A program made the position numbers and the translations under genes. The notes below the pieces were generated by a model. The model had not been told where the DNA came from and ran no database searches. It saw nothing but the letters and a program-made list of their open reading frames with translations. Of a stretch of 64,000 nt of DNA, positions 35,817-45,917 are shown piece after piece. Position 1 is the first letter of the stretch. Every line of letters starts with the position of its first letter. Where the stretch lies: IMG/VR virus record IMGVR_UViG_3300025012_000027, positions 1 to 64,000 of that record. The stretch is one strand, 5' to 3'.

Positions 35817-38168
35817 ATGGCTACTACCGTAACAACTTCATCTAGCACGACTAGCACTAGAAATCTAGTCAGTGTTAACTCGATCATGTATATTAGACCC
35901 ATCGTTTTAACGATGCGAGTGTCTGGTTGCCGACCAAATACATTTATGAATGTATATTTTGATTCAACTAATATGAATCATGCAGCAACACCTATAGGAT
36001 CTAGTGCGGTGATTGATTCTACAAAATTAGTCACAGATTCGAACGGATTCGTAACGTTTACGATGGCAATTCCTGGAGGAACATTCACTACAGGTAATAA
36101 ACAAATCCTAGTGACCGACGCGGCATCAATTGCTCTATTGGAAACCACTGGTTCAACATATGGTAGCGCTACCGCGTTTTTCACTTCGTCTGGGGCACAG
36201 CAAGTATTTCAAACGATTTCCACTACGGTGCGTCAGAATACCGTTACTACAGATCAATTCATCCCAGCACCACCTGTAGTTATTCCGCCACCCGTCGTAG
36301 TTGCGCCGGCCCCGGTCCCACTGCCAGCAATCGTGCAACCAGCCCCAGTATTTGATTGGAATCGTTGGGACGGCGGTGGCGGTCAGGGTGGTAATGGTAG
36401 TGATCCTCTTGCTCAGAGTTTCTTCACATATGGAAAGACCGGAGGAGCATTTTTAACTTCCATCGAAATCTTCTTCCAAACAAAGGATAGCACGATCCCA
36501 GTTAGAGTTGAGCTGAGAGATATGGTGAACGGATACCCCGCATCTGGAGTAACAGATAATGAACTGTTAATAGTGTACAAGAATCCATCAGACGTTAGTG
36601 TTTCGACAGACGCATCTGTGGGAACTAAGTTCACATTCAAGTACCCAGTATACCTAGAACAAGATAAAGATTATTGCTTCGTTGTTTTCAGTAACTCAAA
36701 ACAGTATCATCTATTCACGTCTAAGCTAGGCGAAGCATCAATCGAAACTGGTCGCACTATCTTTGAACAGCCATATGTCGGGACTCTGTTCAAATCAAGT
36801 AATAATATTACATGGAATGCCGAGCAGTTTGAAGACATAAAATTCAACATGAAGATTGCTCAGTTCGACATATCTGCTAGTGCGACGATTGATATCGCTG
36901 CCAAGGCATCGTACTTCGCAATTCCAGGCGTTAGTTTTTCCACAGAAACTGGTAGCTCTGTAATCACATACAAGCAATCGCAGAAACATGGGCTGTCTGT
37001 TAGCGATAAGATCTATGTCGTATCTGATCAGAACGCTACGTATAACGGTATATCAACCGCTGATTTGTCTGGTAATAGAACTGTTACAGATGTGGTTGAT
37101 GAATATACGGTGAAATATGATGCATCGGCGAATGCTCTTTCATCGGGGGTTATTAGAAGCGGCGGTCAAGTTAAACGCATTATCGTGACGGCCGGTGGAT
37201 CTGGATACACAGTTGCGCCAACCGTGCAACTCTCTAGTACGAGTGGTTCAGGTGCAACGGCGACCGCAGTCCTCTTAAATGGATCGGTTGTTGATATCAA
37301 AATTACAAGTGCTGGTACTGGATATTCAACCCCGCCGACTATTCTAATAACCGGTGGTGATGGTACTGGGGCTGCTGCGACGGTGTTGATTGATGCAATG
37401 TTCTCGGTCATCACAAACAAACCAACCAACTTCATTGTATCAAACATTCCGACGATGAATATGCCAGGGACGAGTGTTTCAGCAACCGTGTCGACCACTC
37501 AGTTAAATTTCCCAGGCGGTAATTTGTCGACATATGTCCCAGCAGAAACTTTGGATATGAACGTCCAAGGTAAGACTATGCTTAACATAAATGCTGTAGT
37601 CGCTTCACCTCAGAATGAAACTGCGAATATGTCTGGCAACCCGTCGTTGCTAACAAATTTCTTGTTGCGATCTAGTAATCCAAATGTGTCTCCCATATTG
37701 GATATGCGTGGATCACCTACGATCACTTCATATTCATATAAGATCAACGATCAAGTTGGTGAGAATGTTGGTGGGTCGAATCCGTTAGGCACGGCAAATA
37801 CTGAGCTGGATGCTACTGGTGGGACTGCTCTGGCAAAGTATTACACCAAGAAACAAGGATTGACTACTCCATCAACGGGCATCTTGTTGATGTCTGATAT
37901 ATATTCTCAAGATGCATCTAGAGTTGAATGGTATGTTCGAACAAGTGTTGCTAGTAGCCAAGAAGATTTTGATACACTGCCTTGGCAACTATTGACGAGT
38001 GACCGTACTGTGAATAGGTCAACATTGCCTGGACAGTTTTGGTCATATGAATTCTACTTATACGATATACCAACGTTTGATACGTATGCATTGAAGGCGG
38101 TGTTGAGAACCACCAATCCTGCAATCGTGCCTATTGTCAATAACTATAGTGTCATCGTATCCGTATGA
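35817..38168 (+). CDS. VrlC-like virion protein, C-terminal part
   Basis: MYIRP, DPLAQSF, FLTSIEIFFQTKD, QPYVGTLFKSSN..W..EQFEDIKF; TAAATA 35741. Confidence 0.75.
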   Translation: MATTVTTSSSTTSTRNLVSVNSIMYIRPIVLTMRVSGCRPNTFMNVYFDSTNMNHAATPIGSSAVIDSTKLVTDSNGFVTFTMAIPGGTFTTGNKQILVTDAASIALLETTGSTYGSATAFFTSSGAQQVFQTISTTVRQNTVTTDQFIPAPPVVIPPPVVVAPAPVPLPAIVQPAPVFDWNRWDGGGGQGGNGSDPLAQSFFTYGKTGGAFLTSIEIFFQTKDSTIPVRVELRDMVNGYPASGVTDNELLIVYKNPSDVSVSTDASVGTKFTFKYPVYLEQDKDYCFVVFSNSKQYHLFTSKLGEASIETGRTIFEQPYVGTLFKSSNNITWNAEQFEDIKFNMKIAQFDISASATIDIAAKASYFAIPGVSFSTETGSSVITYKQSQKHGLSVSDKIYVVSDQNATYNGISTADLSGNRTVTDVVDEYTVKYDASANALSSGVIRSGGQVKRIIVTAGGSGYTVAPTVQLSSTSGSGATATAVLLNGSVVDIKITSAGTGYSTPPTILITGGDGTGAAATVLIDAMFSVITNKPTNFIVSNIPTMNMPGTSVSATVSTTQLNFPGGNLSTYVPAETLDMNVQGKTMLNINAVVASPQNETANMSGNPSLLTNFLLRSSNPNVSPILDMRGSPTITSYSYKINDQVGENVGGSNPLGTANTELDATGGTALAKYYTKKQGLTTPSTGILLMSDIYSQDASRVEWYVRTSVASSQEDFDTLPWQLLTSDRTVNRSTLPGQFWSYEFYLYDIPTFDTYALKAVLRTTNPAIVPIVNNYSVIVSV

Positions 38169-38359
38169 TAAAGGTTAAGGACATTGACGGTAAGGAAGTT
38201 AAGGGGTTATACAGAAATCCCAACGGGACTCTTATCGTCAAAGACGATATCGCATATTTGAAATATCAGGCTAGCTTAAAGGATAGGCAGCGCATTCAGG
38301 ATCTCGAGAACCAACTTCTCGAGATCAAAACTTTACTAGTGTCTCTAATGAACAAATGA
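38165..38359 (+). CDS. Small conserved T4-like protein (coiled-coil)
   Basis: GLYRNPNG..IQDLENQLLEIKTLL. Confidence 0.65.
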   Translation: MIKVKDIDGKEVKGLYRNPNGTLIVKDDIAYLKYQASLKDRQRIQDLENQLLEIKTLLVSLMNK

Positions 38360-38712
38360 TAACAACAAATCACGAATTTTTAGATCTTGCAATGAAGTCA
38401 TACAATAATCCGGCTTGTATAACACTAGATGAATTTAACCAAGATCTGAATTCATATGTGTTTATCAAAAAGAATGCTAGAAAATATCTTCAAGAACCAG
38501 AAAAGCTCAGACAGTTAGTAAACCAGCTCGTCATTTTCTACAATTGCTTTGGCACAGCCGGGACAGACCTTCTTCTATACAAAATCGTTGAAGAGGACGT
38601 ACTTAGCATCCTACTACCAATTATATTGTACTTGGGACGCTCTACACCAACCGTAGACACATTGACGGTGCCCTTAAATATAAATGTTATTGTTCAACTA
38701 AACGAGTTATAA
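38356..38712 (+). CDS. Conserved T4-like hypothetical protein
   Basis: AMKSYNNPACITLDEFNQDL..LVNQLVIFYNCFG. Confidence 0.7.
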   Translation: MITTNHEFLDLAMKSYNNPACITLDEFNQDLNSYVFIKKNARKYLQEPEKLRQLVNQLVIFYNCFGTAGTDLLLYKIVEEDVLSILLPIILYLGRSTPTVDTLTVPLNINVIVQLNEL

Positions 38713-38714
38713 GA

Positions 38715-39161
38715 ATGCTTACCCAACACACCTTTGTTAAGGCGATATTAGAAGGCGATCAGTCGGTCGCTGAGTTGTCTCGACTACTAGGTGATGTGAA
38801 CGAAGATTATATTAGAAGACTTTCCACTATGATGTTTATCATGGAAAACTGCAAAGCTAATGGCAGAAATGATGTCGCTATTTTTGAATATATCAACAAC
38901 AACTTCTCAAAAGTGTTGTCTATCGTCGAGCAGCACAATCTAGTATTACCTGAAGAAGTGATTGTCATTGAGAGAGTCGTAAAACAGCTAGCTGAAGAAG
39001 GTGCTCCGGGAATCATGGGAGGAACAGCCGCTGGTACTATAAACACCGCAGCAGCAGTAGCAACATCGCAGATAGATACCGATGCAGTGGATGCTACTAC
39101 TCCCCGCATCTACCCTGGTAAGAAAAAGAAAAAGGATTCTAATAATGTTATCCTCAGTTAA
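38715..39161 (+). CDS. Hypothetical late protein
   Basis: TAAATA 38675; LAEEGAP..basic tail. Confidence 0.6.
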   Translation: MLTQHTFVKAILEGDQSVAELSRLLGDVNEDYIRRLSTMMFIMENCKANGRNDVAIFEYINNNFSKVLSIVEQHNLVLPEEVIVIERVVKQLAEEGAPGIMGGTAAGTINTAAAVATSQIDTDAVDATTPRIYPGKKKKKDSNNVILS

Positions 39162-39552
39162 ACTATACATCGCTCTGGGATTGATCGCAGCATCATTGAC
39201 GATGACCGGCGTTGCCTACTATAAAGGTAAAAGTGCAGGCCATGCAAAAGCCGTTGCCTACTACCAACCTATTTTGGACAAGCAAGTTGCGATGGTCAAA
39301 GAGTTAGAAGCTCGTCAACCCATAATCAATGAAGTGGTGGTTACAAAATATCTAACGAAATATGTTACCGTCACCGAAACGATTGACAGAATTATCCAAG
39401 GCACTTCAGAGGCACTCTCAAATGAAAACGCTACTTGCACTATTGGTCCTAACTTTATCCGCTTGCACAACGCTGCAGCCAACACTGGCCCCGTACCCGG
39501 GAGCCCCGGAGCAGTTGATGCAGTCGGCTCAGCCACTGAAGCTACTCCCTGA
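39145..39552 (+). CDS. Inner-membrane spanin (Rz-like)
   Basis: N-terminal TM helix, coiled region, CTIGPNFIRLHNAAA. Confidence 0.75.
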   Translation: MLSSVKLYIALGLIAASLTMTGVAYYKGKSAGHAKAVAYYQPILDKQVAMVKELEARQPIINEVVVTKYLTKYVTVTETIDRIIQGTSEALSNENATCTIGPNFIRLHNAAANTGPVPGSPGAVDAVGSATEATP

Positions 39553-39706
39553 AACGACAAATTTGATAGAAGTTTCTACCACCATCACTCACAACTATGG
39601 CATGTATGCCACGCTTGCTGCTCAATTAACGGCATTGCAAGAATGGGTAACCCGAACACGCGAGGAATCGTTAAATGTCATTCATAACAATCAAGCAAAC
39701 AAATAA
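39422..39706 (+). CDS. Outer-membrane spanin lipoprotein (Rz1-like), overlapping the i-spanin
   Basis: Lipobox MKTLLALLVLTLSAC; Pro-rich; NY..Y..QLTALQEW. Confidence 0.75.
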   Translation: MKTLLALLVLTLSACTTLQPTLAPYPGAPEQLMQSAQPLKLLPETTNLIEVSTTITHNYGMYATLAAQLTALQEWVTRTREESLNVIHNNQANK

Positions 39707-40082
39707 CAAATTTGTTGATGTTGATTTGTCTTTTATGATGCATCCGTCGTCTAACGACATCGCGGAGAAACTTAACGAAAACGCCGTAATCGCATCTATT
39801 AAGAATTTGTGTGCTACTAGGCAGTATGAGAGACCATTTCACCCAGAACTATCGTCTCAGGTGTATGACTTGTTATTCGAACCATTGACGCATGTTGTAG
39901 CAGCAACCATTAAAAGAACGCTCACATATGTTATCAATAATTTTGAACCTAGGGTAAATATATTGATGCTTGACGTTCAAGATTCGGCTGACAGTAACTC
40001 CCTGCAAGTGATTCTGCATTTCAATATCGTTGGCACAGTTAATACAATAAAAACAGCATTCTTACTAGAACGAACACTATGA
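39675..40082 (+). CDS. gp25: Baseplate wedge subunit gp25
   Basis: DVDLSFMMHP, SIKNL, ERPFHPEL, LLFEP, NFEPRV. Confidence 0.9.
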   Translation: MSFITIKQTNNKFVDVDLSFMMHPSSNDIAEKLNENAVIASIKNLCATRQYERPFHPELSSQVYDLLFEPLTHVVAATIKRTLTYVINNFEPRVNILMLDVQDSADSNSLQVILHFNIVGTVNTIKTAFLLERTL

Positions 40083-41839
40083 CAACATTACGAGTAGCAG
40101 AGTTAGATTTTGACACTATAAAGTTCAATCTAAAGCAATTCCTGTCTTCGAAGCCAGAGTTCACTGATTACGACTTTGAGGGATCTGGTCTGTCTGTGAT
40201 CATTGACCTGTTGGCATACAATACGCATTACAATGCCGTGATCGGCAACATGCTCATCGAGGAGATGTTTCTTGATACAGCAGTTAAGCCGGCTAGCATC
40301 GCTCTGATCGCCAAGCGGCTCGGCTACACTCCAATGAGCATGCGATCACCAGTCGCGACTATCTCGATCGAGGTTTTCCCATCAGATTCTCCTGCAAGCA
40401 TAACCCTTGGTAAGAATGCAAAATTCTCAGCAACAATTGATAATAATACATCGGTTACTTTTGTTACCCGGGACGCATATACTATTACGGCTAATGGTGA
40501 AGGTAGATATATATTTCCAGCAGTCAAGATATATGAGGGTGCTAACTACTCATTCAGCTATGTAGTTGATACAAGTGAGTACCAAAGATTCGAGATCCCA
40601 TCAACGTCGGTTGATATGTCACTGTTGACGGTGACAGTCCAAGACTCAACATCTAGTACGAATGTGGTCGAATGGACTGGATTTAGTTCCATTCTCGACT
40701 TAGAAGCTGATACGCAAGCATACTTCACCAAGATAAACGAAAAAACTCAATATGAAGTGTATTTTGGAGATGGTGTATTTGGTCAATCAATTATCACGGG
40801 TAATGTAGTTACTCTGAACTATTTGAACACTAATGGTCCGGTTGCTAACGGAGCATCCAGATTCACATTCGCTGATAGCATTGGTGGGTACAGTAATTTC
40901 CAAATTACGCTAGTATCCAAGGCGCTTGGCGGAGCATACGCCGAAAGCATCGAGAGCATTCGAAAGAATGCTCAGAACACGGTGTTCTCACAGAATCGAG
41001 CAATAACTGAAAATGATTATGCTACATTGATTAATAAGTTCATCCCAGTCGAATCTATATCCGTATGGGGCGGAGAAACTCTTACGCCACCTGTGTATGG
41101 CAAGATATTCATTGCTATCAAGCAGCCAAATACTACTACAAATTTAGATGCTGATCAGAAACAAGAGTTGTTGGCAAACATTCAAAGTAGGACTTCAATG
41201 GGGCTCATCAAAGAGATCGTTGACGTAGAATATGTTAATCTAGCTATAAAAACTGATATCAAGTATGATAGTGGGAGAACTACTCTAGGTCCTTCAACTA
41301 TAATTACTAATGTTGTCAATTCACTTGCATCATGGGGAGCGGCTACGTTAAACGTATTCAACTCAGACTTTGAGTTTTCAAAGTTAGTTGCATACATAGA
41401 CGATATTAGCCCGGCGTTTTTGGCCAATGATACTGATATCACGTTCAGTAAGACAAAGTCTCTGGTATTGAACATCAATACATCATACGTGTTTGATTTC
41501 TACAGTAGCATTAAACAAAGTAACTCTATTGAGAATAACATCACGTCAACGCCCTTTAGAACAGCCGCAGATATTACTCGCGATGTATATCTAGCAGACA
41601 CGGCTGGTGTACTTTACACATACTATATCAGGAATTCTGAGAGAATCATACTAACAAAAAATGTTGGTACGGTTGATTATGCTACGGGTAAGGTTAGTTT
41701 ATCGACTACGATGGTTGCGAGTGATGCAAATACATTAACTGTGACGGTTATACCGGATAACAAAAACAGCATTCAAAGTAGAAATAACATCATCACCCTT
41801 GATACCAATGATATCGAAGTGACTCTGAGATCAGCATGA
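40079..41839 (+). CDS. gp6: Baseplate wedge subunit gp6
   Basis: ELDFDTIK..FTDYDFEGSGLS..LAYNTHYN, YEVYFGDG, QNRAIT..DY, VWGGE. Confidence 0.92.
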   Translation: MTTLRVAELDFDTIKFNLKQFLSSKPEFTDYDFEGSGLSVIIDLLAYNTHYNAVIGNMLIEEMFLDTAVKPASIALIAKRLGYTPMSMRSPVATISIEVFPSDSPASITLGKNAKFSATIDNNTSVTFVTRDAYTITANGEGRYIFPAVKIYEGANYSFSYVVDTSEYQRFEIPSTSVDMSLLTVTVQDSTSSTNVVEWTGFSSILDLEADTQAYFTKINEKTQYEVYFGDGVFGQSIITGNVVTLNYLNTNGPVANGASRFTFADSIGGYSNFQITLVSKALGGAYAESIESIRKNAQNTVFSQNRAITENDYATLINKFIPVESISVWGGETLTPPVYGKIFIAIKQPNTTTNLDADQKQELLANIQSRTSMGLIKEIVDVEYVNLAIKTDIKYDSGRTTLGPSTIITNVVNSLASWGAATLNVFNSDFEFSKLVAYIDDISPAFLANDTDITFSKTKSLVLNINTSYVFDFYSSIKQSNSIENNITSTPFRTAADITRDVYLADTAGVLYTYYIRNSERIILTKNVGTVDYATGKVSLSTTMVASDANTLTVTVIPDNKNSIQSRNNIITLDTNDIEVTLRSA

Positions 41840-43104
41840 TACATAACAAGCTAAGTCCGTCGAAGATTGTAGCGTCGCAGATACCACGATATCTTCGTGA
41901 AAACAATCCGCTGTTCGTTAAGTTCATGCAGTATTATTATGAATTCATCGAGCAATCGAAAATTCAAGATATAACTCAAGATGCACTAACATACAACGAT
42001 AACGACTCGGTTGAGTTAGAATTCCTGAACAACTTCTATGAAGAAATGAAGGGATTGCCTAGCACGATAACCGCAGATCCTCGGTTGGTTGCAAAGTTTA
42101 TCTATGACCTGTATAAGAGTAAGGGCACAGAAGCTGCTACAGCACTGCTATTCAAAATTTTATACGGCGAAGACATAACAGTTACATACCCCTCAGAAAA
42201 CATACTGAGAGCGTCTGTTGGGAATTGGGTCCGCGACACAATATTGACAGTTACGGTCGACAGTGGTAACGTCACTGATGGCGCAGATTCTATCAGATTG
42301 ACGTCTATATTTGGGTCGTCTTCATATAAGATAGACTCTATTGAACCGTTGCTCAATTCTACAGTATATAGAATACATACCAGATTACCTAGTGGATTCA
42401 ATGTATCAACTTCTGCCGTTGAGATTTATTCTGGCGATGTGCTAGATGCTTCAGGCTCACTTATCGACACCCCCGATACTATAACTATAACAACCGGTGG
42501 GTTAGATTGGAAAGTTGGGCAATTGATTATATTCCCATCAACGAGTAAAAGTACCATTGCTCAAATAAAGAAAGTATCTGCGGTCGGCTCTATACAGCAA
42601 TTGCGCATTGTACAGTATGGGTATGAAGACCTAACTACACCATATGTTGTATCTCCATACGACAATCAAATTGATACTGCGATTTTACCGCCACCGACCA
42701 TACCCGCGGGAACGTATAATGATTCAAAAGCAACGCTTCAATTGACGTTTGCAATACAATCATTATCGGATGGTCGGTTCAAATCGTTAGATGGTATGTT
42801 GTCCGTACCGACTATGAATTTGCAAGACAACTTCTTCTATCAAGTATATTCGTATGTGATCAAATCACAACATCAGATACCTGAGTTTGAAAACGCCTTG
42901 AAGATGATTCATCCGGCTGGGGTGAAATACTTCGCCGAATCACATAAAGAATCCAATATTGTTAATACCACATACGATGTATCGTTTTCAGCAGATTACA
43001 ATATATTGTTAACGTTGTATGACACATATGGCGAAGATGGATTATCCACGCTATTAGCGATTGCGCAATTCGCTAACGTAGATACGTTGGTTTTATCTCC
43101 GTAA
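41836..43104 (+). CDS. Baseplate wedge initiator gp7-like
   Basis: FVKFMQYYYEF, YKSKGT, LQDNFFYQVYSYVIKS, HPAG. Confidence 0.75.
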   Translation: MIHNKLSPSKIVASQIPRYLRENNPLFVKFMQYYYEFIEQSKIQDITQDALTYNDNDSVELEFLNNFYEEMKGLPSTITADPRLVAKFIYDLYKSKGTEAATALLFKILYGEDITVTYPSENILRASVGNWVRDTILTVTVDSGNVTDGADSIRLTSIFGSSSYKIDSIEPLLNSTVYRIHTRLPSGFNVSTSAVEIYSGDVLDASGSLIDTPDTITITTGGLDWKVGQLIIFPSTSKSTIAQIKKVSAVGSIQQLRIVQYGYEDLTTPYVVSPYDNQIDTAILPPPTIPAGTYNDSKATLQLTFAIQSLSDGRFKSLDGMLSVPTMNLQDNFFYQVYSYVIKSQHQIPEFENALKMIHPAGVKYFAESHKESNIVNTTYDVSFSADYNILLTLYDTYGEDGLSTLLAIAQFANVDTLVLSP

Positions 43105-43150
43105 TACGCATACGTTAAATACTATAAATGAATAATACCCCGGAGCATAC

Positions 43151-43561
43151 ATGCCAGCTATTACTATAACCGATCTATTTAATGCAAAACTAGATGTAGA
43201 TCACATTGCCGATATAGCGGTTAGTGCATCCCCGACTAGCATAGACCGTCTTGGCAACACCAAGCAAACTATGTCTGGGTTATTGGCCGAGTTAAATGCG
43301 ACTGCTACGATGACAGCCGCTGCGACTAGTGCAGCCGAAGCACAATTGGCACTTGACGCATTCGACGATCGGTATCTAGGATCTAAGGCAAGTCCTCCTA
43401 CAGTGGACAACGACGGGGACCCTCTTATAGTAGGGGCTCTGTATTTCGACACTGAAATTGCGTCTATTCGCGTATGGTCAGGCGACGTGTGGGTCTCGGC
43501 TTCTACAACGGTACAGCCATTCGTAAAAACTTTTTCAGCATATCAATACGGAGGTCTATAA
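43151..43561 (+). CDS. Tail fibre/tailspike N-terminal anchor protein
   Basis: TAAATA 43116; DRLG anchor motif; FDDRYLG..PTVDNDGDPL..GALYFD. Confidence 0.65.
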   Translation: MPAITITDLFNAKLDVDHIADIAVSASPTSIDRLGNTKQTMSGLLAELNATATMTAAATSAAEAQLALDAFDDRYLGSKASPPTVDNDGDPLIVGALYFDTEIASIRVWSGDVWVSASTTVQPFVKTFSAYQYGGL

Positions 43562-43978
43562 ATGGCTCAAAACACGTCACCTATTTTCCCGCTTATTCCT
43601 AGAGTGTCTTGGAATACCACTGCTATTACTACGGCGGTCACTGCCAAAGATGGCACAGGAACAGTTAGTAGTATCTTTACAGCAGATTCGGTTGATGGTT
43701 CGCGAGTCGATTACTTGAAAGTACGCGCCTTGGGGACCAATGTTGCTACGGTAATGCGAGTGTTCATAAACAATGGTCAGGTTAATAGTACGCCGGCTAA
43801 TAATGTTTTGTTCATGGAGAGAACTATTCCAGCAACTACGATTTCAGAGACCTCAGAACTAGCAGATAATTTCATCCCGTTGAATATTTCGTTACCAGCT
43901 GGTTACCAGATTAATGTAACTATCGGCACCTCCGTTGCTGCTGGGTTAATGGTTACTGCTATCGGAGGAGATTACTAA
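43562..43978 (+). CDS. Tail-fibre-associated structural protein
   Basis: MAQNTSPIF..GGDY; coupled within the fibre operon. Confidence 0.6.
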   Translation: MAQNTSPIFPLIPRVSWNTTAITTAVTAKDGTGTVSSIFTADSVDGSRVDYLKVRALGTNVATVMRVFINNGQVNSTPANNVLFMERTIPATTISETSELADNFIPLNISLPAGYQINVTIGTSVAAGLMVTAIGGDY

Positions 43979-45072
43979 TGTTCCCTAGTAGCCCGCGAGT
44001 TCGGGATAATGTAAAGGTCATTCGCCTTGGAACGGTTAGCCATATATCGCTGGCAGAAGACGATCCAGATACGATCATACTTGAAGTGTTTAACACATCG
44101 TTCGATGGATCTAAGATTGTTTTGCCATTAACGGCTACTATTGGGAAGGTGTTTAAGTTTGCATTAGTCACGGATAAGATATCTAATCCGACGATGTCAA
44201 CATCCTATGTTGACATCGTCGTTCCACAATCCAGTGGCGCAGTGAATGTTGATTGGCGTATGTTTTCTGGGCAAAGACCAGAATTTGTATATTGTTCTTC
44301 TGGGTGGCATTCGTCAGCCGGTGGCGCTCTAACTAATATTGGATCGAATAACACCACAGATATTTCCATCGGGGATAATGCTAATGGAAGCTATGGTGGG
44401 GTATCGATAGGCAGGGGTTCATCTGGTCATACAAACGGATCATCTTTTGGACAAGGTGCCGTTGGTCATACAAACGGATCATCTTTTGGACAAGGTGCCG
44501 TTGGTCATACAAACGGATCATCTTTTGGACAAGGTGCAGTTGGTCATACAAACGGAACTGCGATTGGATACCGTTCAAATACAAATGATCAGGACAAAGC
44601 TGTTGCATTAGGATATTATTCTACAGCATATCGTTATCGAGAACTTGTTAAGTCGGCAGACGGCGAAGCCACTTCTCTACAATCGTGGAGCATGGTGAAT
44701 TGGTATACAGACACCACCAACGCGACCGCAACTGAAGCATTGTTAGGGGGAACTGCTGGGAAATATTGTGTCTTGCTAAATAACTCTGCGGTTCAATTTA
44801 ATATACAGATCATAGCAGGGGTAACCGGTGGAGGAAATACATCTAGCTGGACAATTTCTGGGGCGATAAAGAGAGGCTCGACCGCGGCATATACCTCGTT
44901 GGTAGGGGTGCCAGTAGTAATGATGACGGGTCAAGACGCAGGTGCATCTTCGTGGAATGTCTCTGTCTCAGCAGACATTGTCAATGGTTCGTTAAAACTT
45001 ACTGTAACAGGTGCAGCAGGAACAACAATACGCTGGAATGCTACTGCGACACTTTCTGAAATGAGATTCTAA
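43978..45072 (+). CDS. Tail fibre with YadA-head-like repeats
   Basis: SIG/SFG/AIG/ALG 13-aa repeats. Confidence 0.65.
   Translation: MFPSSPRVRDNVKVIRLGTVSHISLAEDDPDTIILEVFNTSFDGSKIVLPLTATIGKVFKFALVTDKISNPTMSTSYVDIVVPQSSGAVNVDWRMFSGQRPEFVYCSSGWHSSAGGALTNIGSNNTTDISIGDNANGSYGGVSIGRGSSGHTNGSSFGQGAVGHTNGSSFGQGAVGHTNGSSFGQGAVGHTNGTAIGYRSNTNDQDKAVALGYYSTAYRYRELVKSADGEATSLQSWSMVNWYTDTTNATATEALLGGTAGKYCVLLNNSAVQFNIQIIAGVTGGGNTSSWTISGAIKRGSTAAYTSLVGVPVVMMTGQDAGASSWNVSVSADIVNGSLKLTVTGAAGTTIRWNATATLSEMRF
44425..44556 (+). repeat. 39-bp coding tandem repeat (3 full + 1 partial)
   Basis: ggtcatacaaacggatcatcttttggacaaggtgc(c/a)gtt at 44425, 44464, 44503, partial at 44542. Confidence 0.95.
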
Positions 45073-45073
45073 A

Positions 45074-45886
45074 ATGGCAATTAAAATAGATACAGCTACG
45101 CGGACCATTTCGTTCACCGATGGAACTGGCACTTTTACCGGGGAGGCGTCCAGTGCTGGGTTGGTGACCAACGGGGTTTATCTCACATCTGTTCAAACGC
45201 TGACTAATAAAACCCTCAACCTAAGCAACAATATCTTGACGGGTACGTTGGCCCAGTTCAACGCTGCACTAAGCGACGCAGACTTTGCTACGGGCGGTGG
45301 CACGGCCACGGGCACAAACACGGGGGATCAGACCAACATCAGTGGTAATGCGGGCACTGTGACTAATGGGGTATATACCACAGGGGATCAGACGATTGGC
45401 GGGGCTAAGACCTTCTCAAGCCGCATGTTTGTTGTGAGTGGTGCAGCCGCCACTCCGGGCATCACTTTTGATGCTGACACCGGCAAGGATACCGGATTCT
45501 ATTGGGGTGGTGATGGGGTCATCGGCTTCACATCAAACGCAGTTCACGCAGGACAAATTGTAGCAGGCGGCAACCTGACCATGGTTGGCAACGTCACAGC
45601 GTACTCCGACGAGCGCCTGAAGACCAACTGGCAAGGATTGCCACTTGATTTCGTTGAGCGTCTTGCACAGATCAAGTCCGGTACCTTTGATCGCCTCGAT
45701 GTTGAGATGACTCAGGTCGGTGTCTCTGCGCAGTCGCTGCAAACCCTGATGCCCGAAGCGGTGCTGACAGACACTGACGGGATGCTGTCAGTATCTTATG
45801 GAAATGCCGCATTAGCAGCTTGCGTAGAACTAGCTAAACAGGTTGTTGAACTCAAGCAGCGCCTTGCTGCACTTGAGGCTAACTAA
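45074..45886 (+). CDS. Tail fibre with C-terminal intramolecular chaperone (Peptidase S74)
   Basis: GNVTAYSDERLKTN, GVSAQSLQTLMPEAV, LSVSYGN, ELKQRLAALE. Confidence 0.85.
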   Translation: MAIKIDTATRTISFTDGTGTFTGEASSAGLVTNGVYLTSVQTLTNKTLNLSNNILTGTLAQFNAALSDADFATGGGTATGTNTGDQTNISGNAGTVTNGVYTTGDQTIGGAKTFSSRMFVVSGAAATPGITFDADTGKDTGFYWGGDGVIGFTSNAVHAGQIVAGGNLTMVGNVTAYSDERLKTNWQGLPLDFVERLAQIKSGTFDRLDVEMTQVGVSAQSLQTLMPEAVLTDTDGMLSVSYGNAALAACVELAKQVVELKQRLAALEAN

Positions 45887-45917
45887 TATACTTCAAAATC
45901 AGTAAACGCTGCCTGAT

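Noticed and set aside
23851-45742. Numerous minus-strand ORFs opposite the structural genes (e.g. 24724..25164, 34691..35206)
   Set aside because: Antisense shadows of well-supported genes, without SD sites or recognisable motifs
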